Notes under the pieces: model-generated
Seen by the model: only the letters and a program-made list of their open reading frames with translations
What the model was told of the DNA's origin: nothing
Database searches by the model: none
Made by a program: the position numbers and the translations under genes
Part shown: positions 18,796 to 28,099 of the stretch, piece after piece
Numbering within the stretch: position 1 is the stretch's first letter
Layout of the letters: the number at the start of each line of letters is the position of its first letter
Source: Eubacteriales bacterium
GTDB lineage: Bacteria > Bacillota > Clostridia > Oscillospirales > CAG-272
Length of the DNA: 64,000 nt
Direction: 5' to 3'
Assembly (NCBI GenBank): GCA_034178705.1
Contig: JAXFQY010000076.1
Span: forward strand, 65 to 64,064

Positions 18796-19896
18796 ATGGC
18801 AAGAACCGGAAAGAAAGCAGTGTTCGGATTTCTCCCCGAAGGAAGGTTTTTTGCGGGCGCAAATACCGCGGAGGGGTTTCAGTCTTTTTACCCGGAGCTT
18901 TTCCGGGACTCAGAGTTGGACGCTCTTTTCCGCATCGAAGGCGGTCCCGGAACCGGAAAATCCACTTTAATGAAAAAGACAGCAGAAACAGCCGAAAAGC
19001 TCGGGGCAGAGGTTGAAAGATATTTCTGTTCCTCAGACCCAGATTCTCTGGATGCGGTACGCATACGTCCGGCCGGAAGCACGCGGCTCGTTGCCCTCTG
19101 CGACTGCACAGAGCCGCATCCGCGCGCAGAAAGCTCGCCGGGAATTGTTTCGCGAACAGTGGATCTGGGGAGGTTCCGAAACGACAGAAAGCTTGCCTCG
19201 CACCGGGACGAAATTCTGAGACTTCAGGAGCAAAAGGCATCCGCGTATTCCGCAGCGTATCTCTATCTGTCGGCTGCGGGAAAGGTGCGGCAGGCACGTA
19301 CCGGCATTCTCACGGAAACCTGCGATCTTGAGGCGATGCATGCCGCAGCAAAACGCTCTTTGCTCGGAATAACCGGAGAGGGCAGTTCAGAGATCCGGCG
19401 CCCGCTCTCTGCAGTTTCCATGAAGGGTTCTGCCGTCATCGCGGCAGACGAAAACTGTTGTTCGCGCTGCTTTATCACCGAGGACATCTACGGTTCTGCA
19501 TCCATCTATCTTTCAGTGCTTTCCGAGGAAGCACGGAGCAACGGGCTTTCGCTTCTTCTTGCGCCGGATTGTGTCGCGCCGCAACAAGACACATCGGTCA
19601 GCATACCGGAAGCGGGACTCACCGTGATCGCATCCGGCGCTGTGGAAGAGCATCGCGCGATCCGGACCGGACGTTTCATCGACAAAGGGGAACTTGCACG
19701 GCGCCGCAGGGAGCTCCGGGCAGCCGTAAAAGAGGAAGAGGAGCTTTACAGACTCGCTTGTGAGGCGCTGAAAAGGGCGGCAGGAAGTCATTTCCGACTG
19801 GAAGAGTTGTACAGCTCCGCAATGGACTTTGCAAAAAAAGAAAAAGCGGATGCGGAAATTCTCAAGCTGATCGGCGAGCTTATAAATGCCGGATAA
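18796..19896 (+). CDS. uncharacterised P-loop ATPase
   Basis: Walker A GGPGTGKSTLMKK followed by FCSSDPDSLDAV. Start moved to ATG 18796, which has aaggag 10 nt upstream; the ORF track starts at 18733. Confidence 0.6.
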   Translation: MARTGKKAVFGFLPEGRFFAGANTAEGFQSFYPELFRDSELDALFRIEGGPGTGKSTLMKKTAETAEKLGAEVERYFCSSDPDSLDAVRIRPAGSTRLVALCDCTEPHPRAESSPGIVSRTVDLGRFRNDRKLASHRDEILRLQEQKASAYSAAYLYLSAAGKVRQARTGILTETCDLEAMHAAAKRSLLGITGEGSSEIRRPLSAVSMKGSAVIAADENCCSRCFITEDIYGSASIYLSVLSEEARSNGLSLLLAPDCVAPQQDTSVSIPEAGLTVIASGAVEEHRAIRTGRFIDKGELARRRRELRAAVKEEEELYRLACEALKRAAGSHFRLEELYSSAMDFAKKEKADAEILKLIGELINAG

Positions 19897-19907
19897 ATAA
19901 ACGGAAG

Positions 19908-19939
19908 CGGCGGCGATATCCGAAACAATATCGCCGCCG
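19908..19939. terminator. bidirectional terminator between convergent genes
   Basis: 12-bp stem CGGCGGCGATAT / ATATCGCCGCCG with an 8-nt loop, between the stop at 19896 (+) and the ackA stop at 19955 (-). Confidence 0.75.
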
Positions 19940-19954
19940 TGCAGTGTTCTGATT

Positions 19955-21169
19955 TTATTTGGAGGCTTTGACAAGCCGCTCGGTATCGGAAGCGATCACA
20001 AGCTCCTCGTTTGTCGGAATCATGTAGACCTTCACGGCCGAATCCGGAGCGGAAATCAAGCTGTACGCGGGATGCGGACGCTTGATGGAAGCGTTGGCTT
20101 CGGAATCAAACTTCACACCGAGATAACCAAGCCCCTTGCAGACATCCTCGCGGAGAGGGGCGTTGTTTTCCCCGATTCCGGCAGTAAACACAATCGCATC
20201 AAGTCCGTCCATTGCGGCGGCATAGGCGCCGATAAACTTCTTGATTTGATATGTCAGGATATCAATCGCAAGCTTAGCACGCTCATTGCCGTCGGCGATG
20301 GCGGCATCAAGATCGCGGCAGTCGGAAGAAATTCCGGAAATTCCGAGGAAGCCGCATTTCTTGTTCATGAACTCGTTCATCTGTGCAGGGGTAAAGCCTT
20401 CCTTTTCCATAATGTAAGGAACAATGGCAGGATCCATGTCACCGCAGCGAGTACCCATGATAACACCTGCAAGAGGGGTAAAGCCCATCGAGGTATCGAT
20501 GCACTTTCCGCCCTGTACGGCGGAAATGGAAGAACCGTTGCCGAGATGGCAGGTTACTATCTTTGTCTGCTCAATCGGTTTATCAAGCAGCTTGGCACAT
20601 TCCCCGGAAACATAGCGATGGGAGGTACCGTGTGCGCCGTAACGGCGGATCTGATATTTGGTGTACATCTCGTAAGGGACACCGTAAACATGGGCATACT
20701 TCGGCATGGTGGAATGGAAGGCGGTATCAAAAACCAGAACCTGAGGCGTGTTCGGCATCACGCTGAGGCAGCCCTGAATTCCCATGATATGCGCGCCGGT
20801 ATGAAGCGGAGCAAGATCACGGCAAAGCTCAAGCTTTGCCATAACGTCATCATCGACCAAAACCGACTCGGAGAAATAGGCTCCTCCGTGGACAATACGA
20901 TGACCGACTGCCTCAATTTCATTCATACTGGAAACGCAGCCGTAATCAGGATTGATCAGGCATTTGACGACAAGCTTGATCGCCTCGTCGTGATTCGGCA
21001 TCGCAGCGTCCGCTTCATAGGTTTTGCCGGTAATCAGCTGCTTGTGGCTGATTTTTCCGTCGATACCGATCCGCTCACAGAGTCCTTTGGCAAGGACGGT
21101 ATGATTGTCGGTGTCAAAAAGCTGATACTTGAGGGAGCTGGAGCCAGCGTTGACTACAAGAACGTTCAT
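19955..21169 (-). CDS. ackA: acetate kinase
   Basis: N-terminus MNVLVVNAGSSSLKYQLF, plus HRIVHGG. Start moved to ATG 21169; the ORF track extends to 21310. Confidence 0.93.
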   Translation of the reverse strand: MNVLVVNAGSSSLKYQLFDTDNHTVLAKGLCERIGIDGKISHKQLITGKTYEADAAMPNHDEAIKLVVKCLINPDYGCVSSMNEIEAVGHRIVHGGAYFSESVLVDDDVMAKLELCRDLAPLHTGAHIMGIQGCLSVMPNTPQVLVFDTAFHSTMPKYAHVYGVPYEMYTKYQIRRYGAHGTSHRYVSGECAKLLDKPIEQTKIVTCHLGNGSSISAVQGGKCIDTSMGFTPLAGVIMGTRCGDMDPAIVPYIMEKEGFTPAQMNEFMNKKCGFLGISGISSDCRDLDAAIADGNERAKLAIDILTYQIKKFIGAYAAAMDGLDAIVFTAGIGENNAPLREDVCKGLGYLGVKFDSEANASIKRPHPAYSLISAPDSAVKVYMIPTNEELVIASDTERLVKASK

Positions 21170-21218
21170 TTTCTTCCCGGATAACCGGATCCTTTCATAT
21201 TTTGTCTTTAACGCCATT

Positions 21219-21247
21219 ATTATAATGCTGTGTTTCCGGTTTTTCAA
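21219..21247 (-). promoter_or_regulatory. sigma-A promoter of ackA
   Basis: On the minus strand: TTGAAA (21247-21242), 17-nt spacer, TATAAT (21224-21219). Confidence 0.6.
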
Positions 21248-21275
21248 GGTTTTTTTGGCGAATTTCGTCTTTTTC

Positions 21276-21304
21276 TTGCAATGCGCAGGATGTTGCGGTA
21301 AAAT
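21276..21304 (+). promoter_or_regulatory. sigma-A-like promoter of tmcAL
   Basis: TTGCAA (21276-21281), 17-nt spacer, TAAAAT (21299-21304). ATG at 21322. Confidence 0.5.
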
Positions 21305-21321
21305 TGTCATGAGGTATTATC

Positions 21322-22512
21322 ATGAAACACACCGCTATCATATGTGAATACAATCCGTTTCATAACGGTCATCTTCTTCAGACTGAGGAGCTGCGCGCCC
21401 GAGGCGCCGAAACCGTAACGGGAATACTCGGCGGCTCCTTCACGCAGCGCGGTGACGCCGCTCTAACGGATTCCTATTCCCGTGCAGCAGCCGCCGTTCT
21501 CTCGGGCGGCTGTGATATCGTCTTCGAGCTGCCCTATCCCTATTCGGCTTCCGCCGCGGATCGATTTGCCGAGGCAGGGGTCTCCATTGCTATGCGGCTC
21601 GGCTATCCCGATTCCCTTGCTTTCGGCTGTGAAGCCGAAAATCCGGATCTTCTCCATGCTATCGCCGACTTTCTCGAATCCCCGGAAGCACACCGGCAGA
21701 TTCAAGCTGCGCGCGACCGCCGGACAGGGACCCCGGGGCACCTGACCGATGCGGTGCGCCGGGCGCTCGGAGAAAAATATGCGGCAGAGCTCACCCGCCC
21801 GAACAACATTCTCGCCGTTGCCTATTTACGCGCAATCCGCCGTCTCGGTGCACCGCTGGAGCCTGTTTTTGTACACCGCAGCACGGTACAGCACGGCGAC
21901 GAACAGCCCTGCGGTTCCCTTGCTTCCTCTTCGGCGATCCGTACCCTTCTTGCCGAAGGGAAAAATCCCGAAGCTTTTCTCCCTACGGAAAGCCTTCGCG
22001 TATTTCGAAAAAACGAAAAAAGCGGCGAAGCTCCTGCCGACCTACGTAACGCGGAGCGTCTGGTCCTGCACGTACTGCGCGCCCGGGACCCGGAAAGTGT
22101 CGAGGGCTGTGCCGAGGCACGGGGAGGGCTCGGACGGCGCATTCTTTGCGCTGCCGCTGTGACAGATTCGCTCAACGGGCTCTATCGGTTGGCTGCGAAC
22201 AGAGGGCAAACCAATGCCCATGTTCGCCGCGCCGTTCTTTCCCTGCTTTTGGATACACCGGAAACGGCAGAATTCATCCCACCAGCCTTTACACTTCTCC
22301 TTGCAGCAAACGGCAGAGGGCTCTCCGTTTTCGGAAGCGCCGAAAAAAGCATTCCGGTTATTTCCCGACCGGCGGAAATACCCGTAGCCTTGGCGCAGAC
22401 CGAATCCTTTCTTCTGTGGGAGCGTGCGGAGGGTCTTCGCTCACTCTGCTGTCCCCGCGTGCTTCCCTACAAAGCCTATCGGACGAAAAGACCTTTGATT
22501 CTGCCGCGTTAA
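21322..22512 (+). CDS. tmcAL: tRNA(Met) cytidine acetate ligase-like nucleotidyltransferase (YlbM/TmcAL family)
   Basis: 396 aa with the N-terminal motif AIICEYNPFHNGHLLQ (HxGH type). Confidence 0.8.
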   Translation: MKHTAIICEYNPFHNGHLLQTEELRARGAETVTGILGGSFTQRGDAALTDSYSRAAAAVLSGGCDIVFELPYPYSASAADRFAEAGVSIAMRLGYPDSLAFGCEAENPDLLHAIADFLESPEAHRQIQAARDRRTGTPGHLTDAVRRALGEKYAAELTRPNNILAVAYLRAIRRLGAPLEPVFVHRSTVQHGDEQPCGSLASSSAIRTLLAEGKNPEAFLPTESLRVFRKNEKSGEAPADLRNAERLVLHVLRARDPESVEGCAEARGGLGRRILCAAAVTDSLNGLYRLAANRGQTNAHVRRAVLSLLLDTPETAEFIPPAFTLLLAANGRGLSVFGSAEKSIPVISRPAEIPVALAQTESFLLWERAEGLRSLCCPRVLPYKAYRTKRPLILPR

Positions 22513-22553
22513 CCCCTCAAAAGAAAAATCAAGCGACTTCTTTTCTCTTCGCA

Positions 22554-22582
22554 TTGACTTTTCCGCTCCGACGCAATATAAT
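22554..22582 (+). promoter_or_regulatory. near-consensus sigma-A promoter
   Basis: TTGACT (22554-22559), 17-nt spacer, TATAAT (22577-22582). aggagg RBS and ATG 22637 lie downstream. Confidence 0.65.
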
Positions 22583-22636
22583 AATAGTTAATATTACGAT
22601 AACGATACAATAAACAAAAAAATACAGGAGGTCATT

Positions 22637-22927
22637 ATGGCTGACAAGAAACAGCCCCTTTTTCTCGAATACAAGGGCAAGGCGCTCGTCCGTGAGGGAA
22701 ATAACCTCTGCTACGGAAACATGACGGACAAAGCCGTTCTTTTTCTTCTCACAACATCCTTTGCCGACTTCGCGGGACATAAAATTCCGAACAAAATTCT
22801 CATTCAGATTATCTCCACGGATACCTCGCTTCCCTTCCATAAACGCATTCTCAAGCAGGGGGAAAAGAACAATCTGTTTGAGGCATTCGACATTGGGACC
22901 GCTTGGCTCTCCCGCGCAAACGCATGA
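22637..22927 (+). CDS. small hypothetical protein
   Basis: 96 aa with a strong RBS (acaggaggtcattATG). Sits directly downstream of a consensus promoter. Confidence 0.5.
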   Translation: MADKKQPLFLEYKGKALVREGNNLCYGNMTDKAVLFLLTTSFADFAGHKIPNKILIQIISTDTSLPFHKRILKQGEKNNLFEAFDIGTAWLSRANA

Positions 22928-22938
22928 GGTGATCCCGC

Positions 22939-24204
22939 TTGAAATTCCACGCACTTTCAAAACTCTGCACGGTTCTTTTCTGTACGACCCTTCTTGCGGC
23001 TTGCTCTGACAGCAAGCCGCCTGTCACAGAGCCGATTCCAACCGCAAGGACGTCGTCCGCGGCTTCTGTTTCTACAGAAACGGACATCCCCACAACCCCA
23101 GTTTCGGAGACAACCGTTACATCCGCGGAAACGACAGCGCCCTCCACAGAACCGGTTTCCTCCGATCCCGATTTTTTCAATCCGATGACCGGACTTCCCA
23201 CACTCTCCGATCTTACCGCTCAGCGCCCGATCTCCATCTCAATCGATAATGTGAGGAAAGCACAGCCCACACTCGGCGTTTCGCTTGCCGACGTGGTGCT
23301 TCAGCTTCCTTTTGAGGGCTATGAAACACGGCTTGTTGCGGTCTTCCTGGATTACAAAAATCTGCCGACAGTCGGAAATATCCGGTCCGCACGGGATTAC
23401 TCGGTGCGGTATGCCGCGGATTTTGACAGCATTCTGATTCATGCCGGCAGCGACACCGACGTCGGCTGCAGACAGCTTGCCCTCAACGCCATCCGCTACG
23501 GCTTTCCGGTCAGCTATCTGATCAAAAAAGACATCATCCAATACGCATCCGAACGCCAAGATCTCTGGACGGACGGCTGGGACACGATCAACGGACTGGA
23601 TTATTATCCGGTTCCCATGTACCGCGACGAGCAACGCTATGCCACCATGGCAATTGAGCATACAACCGTAATCGACGGAGCGGTCATCCAAAACTGCATT
23701 TCCTACAAGAATTACCGCACTTCAACAGCCGACGGCTTCACACTTCCCTATATCATCGGAGACAACCAGAGTGCTTCAGGAACCCTTCAAGCAACGGATA
23801 TTCTTCTGAAATACAATCCCTATGCAGTAACAGACTACGGCGTTCACTTTGTTTATCTGCCGGATCTCGGTGAATATGAATGGCACGAATACGATGATGA
23901 GCCGCACACAGACGGAATCACCGGAGAAAACATCTGCTTCAAGAATGTCATCATTCTCTTTGTCGATGTTCAACCGTTTCAGGGAGATGCGAAAAACCGA
24001 CTTGACGTCGACTATGTAGGAAACGGTGACGGCTACTACTGTGTTAACGGAAAGGCAGAGCCAATCAGCTGGACCCGGTCAGACGCGGACGCCGCGCTAC
24101 AAATATTCGGTGCAGACGGAAAGACCCTTGATATCGTTCCCGGAAAAATCATGATTAACATATTTGCAAAGCAATACAAAGACGTTTGCCGATTGCCGGA
24201 ATAA
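22939..24204 (+). CDS. DUF3048 (YerB-like) lipoprotein
   Basis: 421 aa. Lipobox TLLAAC and a Thr/Ser/Pro-rich linker. RPISISIDN...ADVVLQLPFEGYETRLVAVF resembles YerB/DUF3048. Confidence 0.75.
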   Translation: MKFHALSKLCTVLFCTTLLAACSDSKPPVTEPIPTARTSSAASVSTETDIPTTPVSETTVTSAETTAPSTEPVSSDPDFFNPMTGLPTLSDLTAQRPISISIDNVRKAQPTLGVSLADVVLQLPFEGYETRLVAVFLDYKNLPTVGNIRSARDYSVRYAADFDSILIHAGSDTDVGCRQLALNAIRYGFPVSYLIKKDIIQYASERQDLWTDGWDTINGLDYYPVPMYRDEQRYATMAIEHTTVIDGAVIQNCISYKNYRTSTADGFTLPYIIGDNQSASGTLQATDILLKYNPYAVTDYGVHFVYLPDLGEYEWHEYDDEPHTDGITGENICFKNVIILFVDVQPFQGDAKNRLDVDYVGNGDGYYCVNGKAEPISWTRSDADAALQIFGADGKTLDIVPGKIMINIFAKQYKDVCRLPE

Positions 24205-24211
24205 GGAAAAT

Positions 24212-24236
24212 CGCCCTCCGGATGTTCCGGAGGGCG
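24212..24236. terminator. bidirectional terminator
   Basis: Stem CGCCCTCCGG / CCGGAGGGCG (10 bp) with a 5-nt loop, between convergent stops at 24204 and 24253. Confidence 0.75.
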
Positions 24237-24252
24237 TATATGTTCGGTTGAA

Positions 24253-24630
24253 TCAGTTGACGCCGACAGCGCCGCAATACTCCGCTACGGATGCGCTGAT
24301 TTCCCCGAAGGTGTCAGCGTCTCCGGAAAGCGTCCCGCTGTAAACCGGAGAAAGTCCGGCACGATCCGACATTCTGTTGAGGGAATTCAGTGCAGAGAGC
24401 AGCCCGCATTTTGCATTTTCATAATTCCTCTGCGCGGATGCCATCATGATCTCATACTCGGAACTTCCCATTGTTTCCGGGGCAAAAATCATCCCCCTCT
24501 GCTTCAGCAGATAGGCGGCGGAGCAAAATTCCGGCAATGCCCGAAGAGTATCAAACAGGATCTTCTGTGATATCCTTTTGTCGCTGTAAAGCTCCGCAAG
24601 CCGCACGATCACCTCTCCGTTGATTTTCAT
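24253..24630 (-). CDS. hypothetical protein
   Basis: 125 aa with the RBS ggagtgagaaATG. I recognise no motif. Confidence 0.5.
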   Translation of the reverse strand: MKINGEVIVRLAELYSDKRISQKILFDTLRALPEFCSAAYLLKQRGMIFAPETMGSSEYEIMMASAQRNYENAKCGLLSALNSLNRMSDRAGLSPVYSGTLSGDADTFGEISASVAEYCGAVGVN

Positions 24631-24817
24631 TTCTCACTCCGTTTCTTATATTCAGTTAGCTTTGCTACTCTGTGATTTTATTATATCACAAAACGACGAA
24701 CTTGTAAACAGTTTGTAAATTTTTCGTCGATTTGTCGCATACTGCTTTCTTTTTCCACCCGAATTCTGCCCAATACAATTACCGTTTTTATCCATATTAG
24801 GAGGATCAAGGCCACGA

Positions 24818-26041
24818 ATGAAACTTCCTGAGCTTCTCTGCCCTGCCGGCAGCTATGAAAAAATGCTTGCCGCTTTCCGTTACGGAGCAGATGCGGTTTA
24901 CCTCGCCGGCGAAGACTTCGGCATGAGAAGCGCCGCGAAAAACTTTTCACTTCCGGAGCTTCGGCGTGCTGTAACCTATGCGCACTCCATCGGGAAAAAG
25001 GTCAATCTGACCGTGAACATCATGCCGCACGGTGATGCCTATCCGGCGCTCCGCCGTTTTTTTCGCGCACTTCGGGACACGCCTCCGGATGCACTGATCA
25101 TCAGCGATCTCGGCGTTTTTCAGCTCGCCGGAGAGCTTCTTCCGGATGTCGACAGACATGTTTCAACACAGGCAAGCTGTGTAAGTGCGGAAGCATGCTG
25201 CGCCTGGTATCAGCTCGGAGCCAAGCGTGTCATTCTCGCGCGCGAACTGACACTCGATGAGATTCGCAGCATTCGAAAAAAAACGCCGAAGCGGCTGGAG
25301 CTTGAAGCCTTTATCCACGGCTCCATGTGCGTTTCGTACAGCGGACGCTGTCTGCTTTCCAACTATCTGACCGGAAGGGACTCCAACCGCGGCAGCTGCA
25401 CACAGCCCTGTCGCTGGAATTTCGTCATTTCCGAGGAAAAGCACGCCGGCGAGAAACTGCCCGTGTACGAAGACGAAGGAACCTTTATCATGTCCTCGCG
25501 CGATCTCTCGATGATCGAACACATTCCGGAGCTTGTGGATGCCGGTCTTTCCTGTCTGAAAATCGAGGGACGAATGAAAAGCGCATATTATGCTGCCGTA
25601 ACGGCAAACACATACCGTATGGCGTTGGACACATACGCGCGCGACGGAGAAAGCTATCGTTTTGATCCCCGTTGGAACGAGGAACTTGACAGCGTTTCCC
25701 ACCGCGAGTATTCCACCGGCTACTATTTTTCATCGACCTTTGAAAACGTCAACACAGTCACTTCTCCCGGCTATATCCGGGAGAAAGCCTATCTGGCCGA
25801 AGCTCTCTCCGACAGTGATACAAGCGGTTTTGCCCTCTTTCAACAGCACAACAAGCTGACGGCGGGGGAAACCGTCGAGCTGCTCATTCCAGGACAGGTG
25901 GGCATCCCCTTCCGCGTTGATCAAATCTTTGACCCTGACGGTTATTCCATACCAAGCACACCGCATCCGTTGCAGCAATACCGCATCCACGTCCCCGTTC
26001 CGGTGACGGCGGGATGCATCCTTCGCACATCCAACCGCTAA
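24818..26041 (+). CDS. U32-family peptidase-like protein
   Basis: 407 aa. U32 signature region EAFIHGSMCVSYSGRCLLS. RBS aggagg before ATG 24818. Confidence 0.85.
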   Translation: MKLPELLCPAGSYEKMLAAFRYGADAVYLAGEDFGMRSAAKNFSLPELRRAVTYAHSIGKKVNLTVNIMPHGDAYPALRRFFRALRDTPPDALIISDLGVFQLAGELLPDVDRHVSTQASCVSAEACCAWYQLGAKRVILARELTLDEIRSIRKKTPKRLELEAFIHGSMCVSYSGRCLLSNYLTGRDSNRGSCTQPCRWNFVISEEKHAGEKLPVYEDEGTFIMSSRDLSMIEHIPELVDAGLSCLKIEGRMKSAYYAAVTANTYRMALDTYARDGESYRFDPRWNEELDSVSHREYSTGYYFSSTFENVNTVTSPGYIREKAYLAEALSDSDTSGFALFQQHNKLTAGETVELLIPGQVGIPFRVDQIFDPDGYSIPSTPHPLQQYRIHVPVPVTAGCILRTSNR

Positions 26042-26050
26042 GGAGGCAGC

Positions 26051-26875
26051 ATGGAAACCTTTATTGAACTTCTCAAAAGCATCCTGTTCGGTATTTTACA
26101 AGGGATTACAGAGTGGCTCCCGATCAGCAGCACCGGGCACCTGATTCTACTCGAGGAATTTCTCACCTTCGACAACCGGGACTTTTTTGATATGTTCAAG
26201 GTTGTCATTCAGCTCGGCTCGATTCTTGCCGTGATTGTCGTCTATTTCCGGACTTTATTTCCGCTCTCGCGGGAAAAAGGCAAGCTCAGATGGAAAAAGT
26301 CCACTCTTTCTCTTTGGGGAAAAGTGCTGGTCGGCTGTATTCCCGCCGGGGTGATCGGACTTCTCATTGACGATTTTGTGGATAATGTGCTCTCGGTCTG
26401 GTATGTGATTGCCGCAGCACTCATCCTTTACGGAATTGCTTTTATCCTTATCGAACGGGTCAACCGAACCCGTTCGTTCCGAATCCATTCCGTGGAGGAA
26501 ATTGACTGGAAAACTGCATTCGGTATCGGCTGTTTTCAGGTTCTTGCACTGGTTCCCGGAACTTCACGCTCCGGCTCCACCATTCTCGGCGCCTCACTGA
26601 TCGGCGTCTCGCGCAAACCGGCGGCGGAGTTCTCCTTTTTCCTTGCCGTCCCCGTCATGTTCGGCGCCAGCGCCCTGAAGCTTCTGAAGTTCGGCTTTCA
26701 TTATACCGGCACCGAGATTCTGGTCCTTCTCTGCGGATCGCTTACAGCCTTTGTGGTTTCTCTTGCCGCCATCCGTTTCCTCATATCCTTTGTGCGCCGT
26801 CACAGTTTTGAGGGCTTCGGTTGGTACCGAATCGCTCTTGGAATTCTTGTAATTCTGCGCTTTGTGCTTTTTTGA
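26051..26875 (+). CDS. uppP: undecaprenyl-diphosphate phosphatase
   Basis: 274 aa. Motifs QGITEWLPISSTGHL and PGTSRSGSTI. Confidence 0.92.
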   Translation: METFIELLKSILFGILQGITEWLPISSTGHLILLEEFLTFDNRDFFDMFKVVIQLGSILAVIVVYFRTLFPLSREKGKLRWKKSTLSLWGKVLVGCIPAGVIGLLIDDFVDNVLSVWYVIAAALILYGIAFILIERVNRTRSFRIHSVEEIDWKTAFGIGCFQVLALVPGTSRSGSTILGASLIGVSRKPAAEFSFFLAVPVMFGASALKLLKFGFHYTGTEILVLLCGSLTAFVVSLAAIRFLISFVRRHSFEGFGWYRIALGILVILRFVLF

Positions 26876-26885
26876 AAGGAATCGG

Positions 26886-27272
26886 ATGAAAAAAAGAATG
26901 GACCCCTCCCAGCTTGACGGTGTTACCCTTGCCTATATCGGCGACTGTGTAATGGAGCTTTTTGTCCGGAGGTTACTTGTTGAAAGCGGTCTTGCCGGCT
27001 CGGCAGAATTAAACCGTGCAGCTCAGCAAATCGTCAATGCTGCCGCACAAGCACAGAGCTTCCGACGCATTGAGGCGCTTCTCACAGAAGAGGAAACTGT
27101 CTACTACCGCCGCGGAAGAAACAGCGGTCACCTCAATCTGCCAAAACATGCAAAAATGAGCGACTACCGCACGGCAACCGGCTTTGAAGCACTGCTCGGC
27201 TATCTTTCCCTGAATGGAGAGGACAAAAGAGTGGAGGAGCTGCTTGCAGCATGCATTGAAATACCACAATAA
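26886..27272 (+). CDS. mrnC: mini-ribonuclease III
   Basis: Motifs LAYIGDCVMELFVRR and FEALLGYL. Start moved to ATG 26886, which follows aaggaa. Confidence 0.85.
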   Translation: MKKRMDPSQLDGVTLAYIGDCVMELFVRRLLVESGLAGSAELNRAAQQIVNAAAQAQSFRRIEALLTEEETVYYRRGRNSGHLNLPKHAKMSDYRTATGFEALLGYLSLNGEDKRVEELLAACIEIPQ

Positions 27273-27288
27273 AGGAGTGTGAAAGCAA

Positions 27289-27699
27289 ATGGGTAGTTTT
27301 CGAAACAAGGTAGCTGCCTTCTTTTCGGGGCGCTACGGCAACGACCAGCTTGGTTATTTCAATTTGATTCTTGTCCTTATCATAGGTTTTTCTAATATAT
27401 TTCATACTTCCCCTGCGCAAACCGTCATCCAGCTTCTGTTTCTTTTTCTTTGGCTTTTCCGTTTTTTCTCACGAAGAAAAGATAAGCGCAGTCAGGAAAA
27501 TGCGGTTTTTCTTAAAATCTGTCATAAAATATCAGGCTTTTTCTCCCTGCTCCGGAAACGAATAAAAGACGGGAAAACAAGTGTTTATCGTCACTGCCCG
27601 CACTGCAAAGCAACCCTGCGTCTGCCACGCAAGCGCGGCAAGCATACCGTGCGCTGTCCGAAATGCAACGAGCGATTTGACACACGCATTATACTGTAA
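27289..27699 (+). CDS. membrane protein with C-terminal zinc ribbon
   Basis: 136 aa. Two hydrophobic segments followed by CPHCK...CPKC. Confidence 0.55.
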   Translation: MGSFRNKVAAFFSGRYGNDQLGYFNLILVLIIGFSNIFHTSPAQTVIQLLFLFLWLFRFFSRRKDKRSQENAVFLKICHKISGFFSLLRKRIKDGKTSVYRHCPHCKATLRLPRKRGKHTVRCPKCNERFDTRIIL

Positions 27700-27746
27700 A
27701 TCCTCCCGTTCTTTGCACGCAAGTCTGAAAAAGGCAGACCATGGAT

Positions 27747-27790
27747 CCCCCTTAACAGAGCGGATTTCCTGTCCGCCCGAATTAAGGGGG
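27747..27790 (+). terminator. hairpin after the zinc-ribbon gene (weak terminator candidate)
   Basis: CCCCCTTAA (27747-27755) pairs with TTAAGGGGG (27782-27790) across a 26-nt loop, followed by AATTTTTA. Confidence 0.35.
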
Positions 27791-27974
27791 AATTTTTATG
27801 ATAGAAATACGCACATAGGAAATCTTCCCGAAAGGCAGCCCGCAAAACGGCAAAAATCCGATTGCTCTTCTCCTGAGGGGCATCTACCGGGAAAGATCCG
27901 GCCTCTGAGAAGCTTTTCCCTCCTCATAGACCCAGGCATTGCACGTTGCAAGATAAAGCGGATCCAGCCGAAAG

Positions 27975-28008
27975 AAAACGGACATCACAAGGAAGTGATG
28001 TCCGTTTT
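27975..28008. terminator. bidirectional intrinsic terminator
   Basis: 14-bp stem AAAACGGACATCAC / GTGATGTCCGTTTT with a 6-nt loop, followed by a T-run (TTTTCTTTTTT) on the plus strand. The A-run on the other side serves the minus-strand gene that ends at 28100. Confidence 0.8.
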
Positions 28009-28099
28009 CTTTTTTGTTTACATTCTATTTTTATTTTACCGGCGAGGGCATTCTCTCCGCACAATTGGGGCGATAAAAGATGCAGGGAGATTGGATATG

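Noticed and set aside
18686-19297. 203-aa minus-strand ORF
   Set aside because: It overlaps the divergent promoter region and the 5' half of the P-loop ATPase gene. It is Arg/Pro-rich and has no RBS.
20072-21184. 370-aa plus-strand ORF
   Set aside because: It is antisense to ackA.
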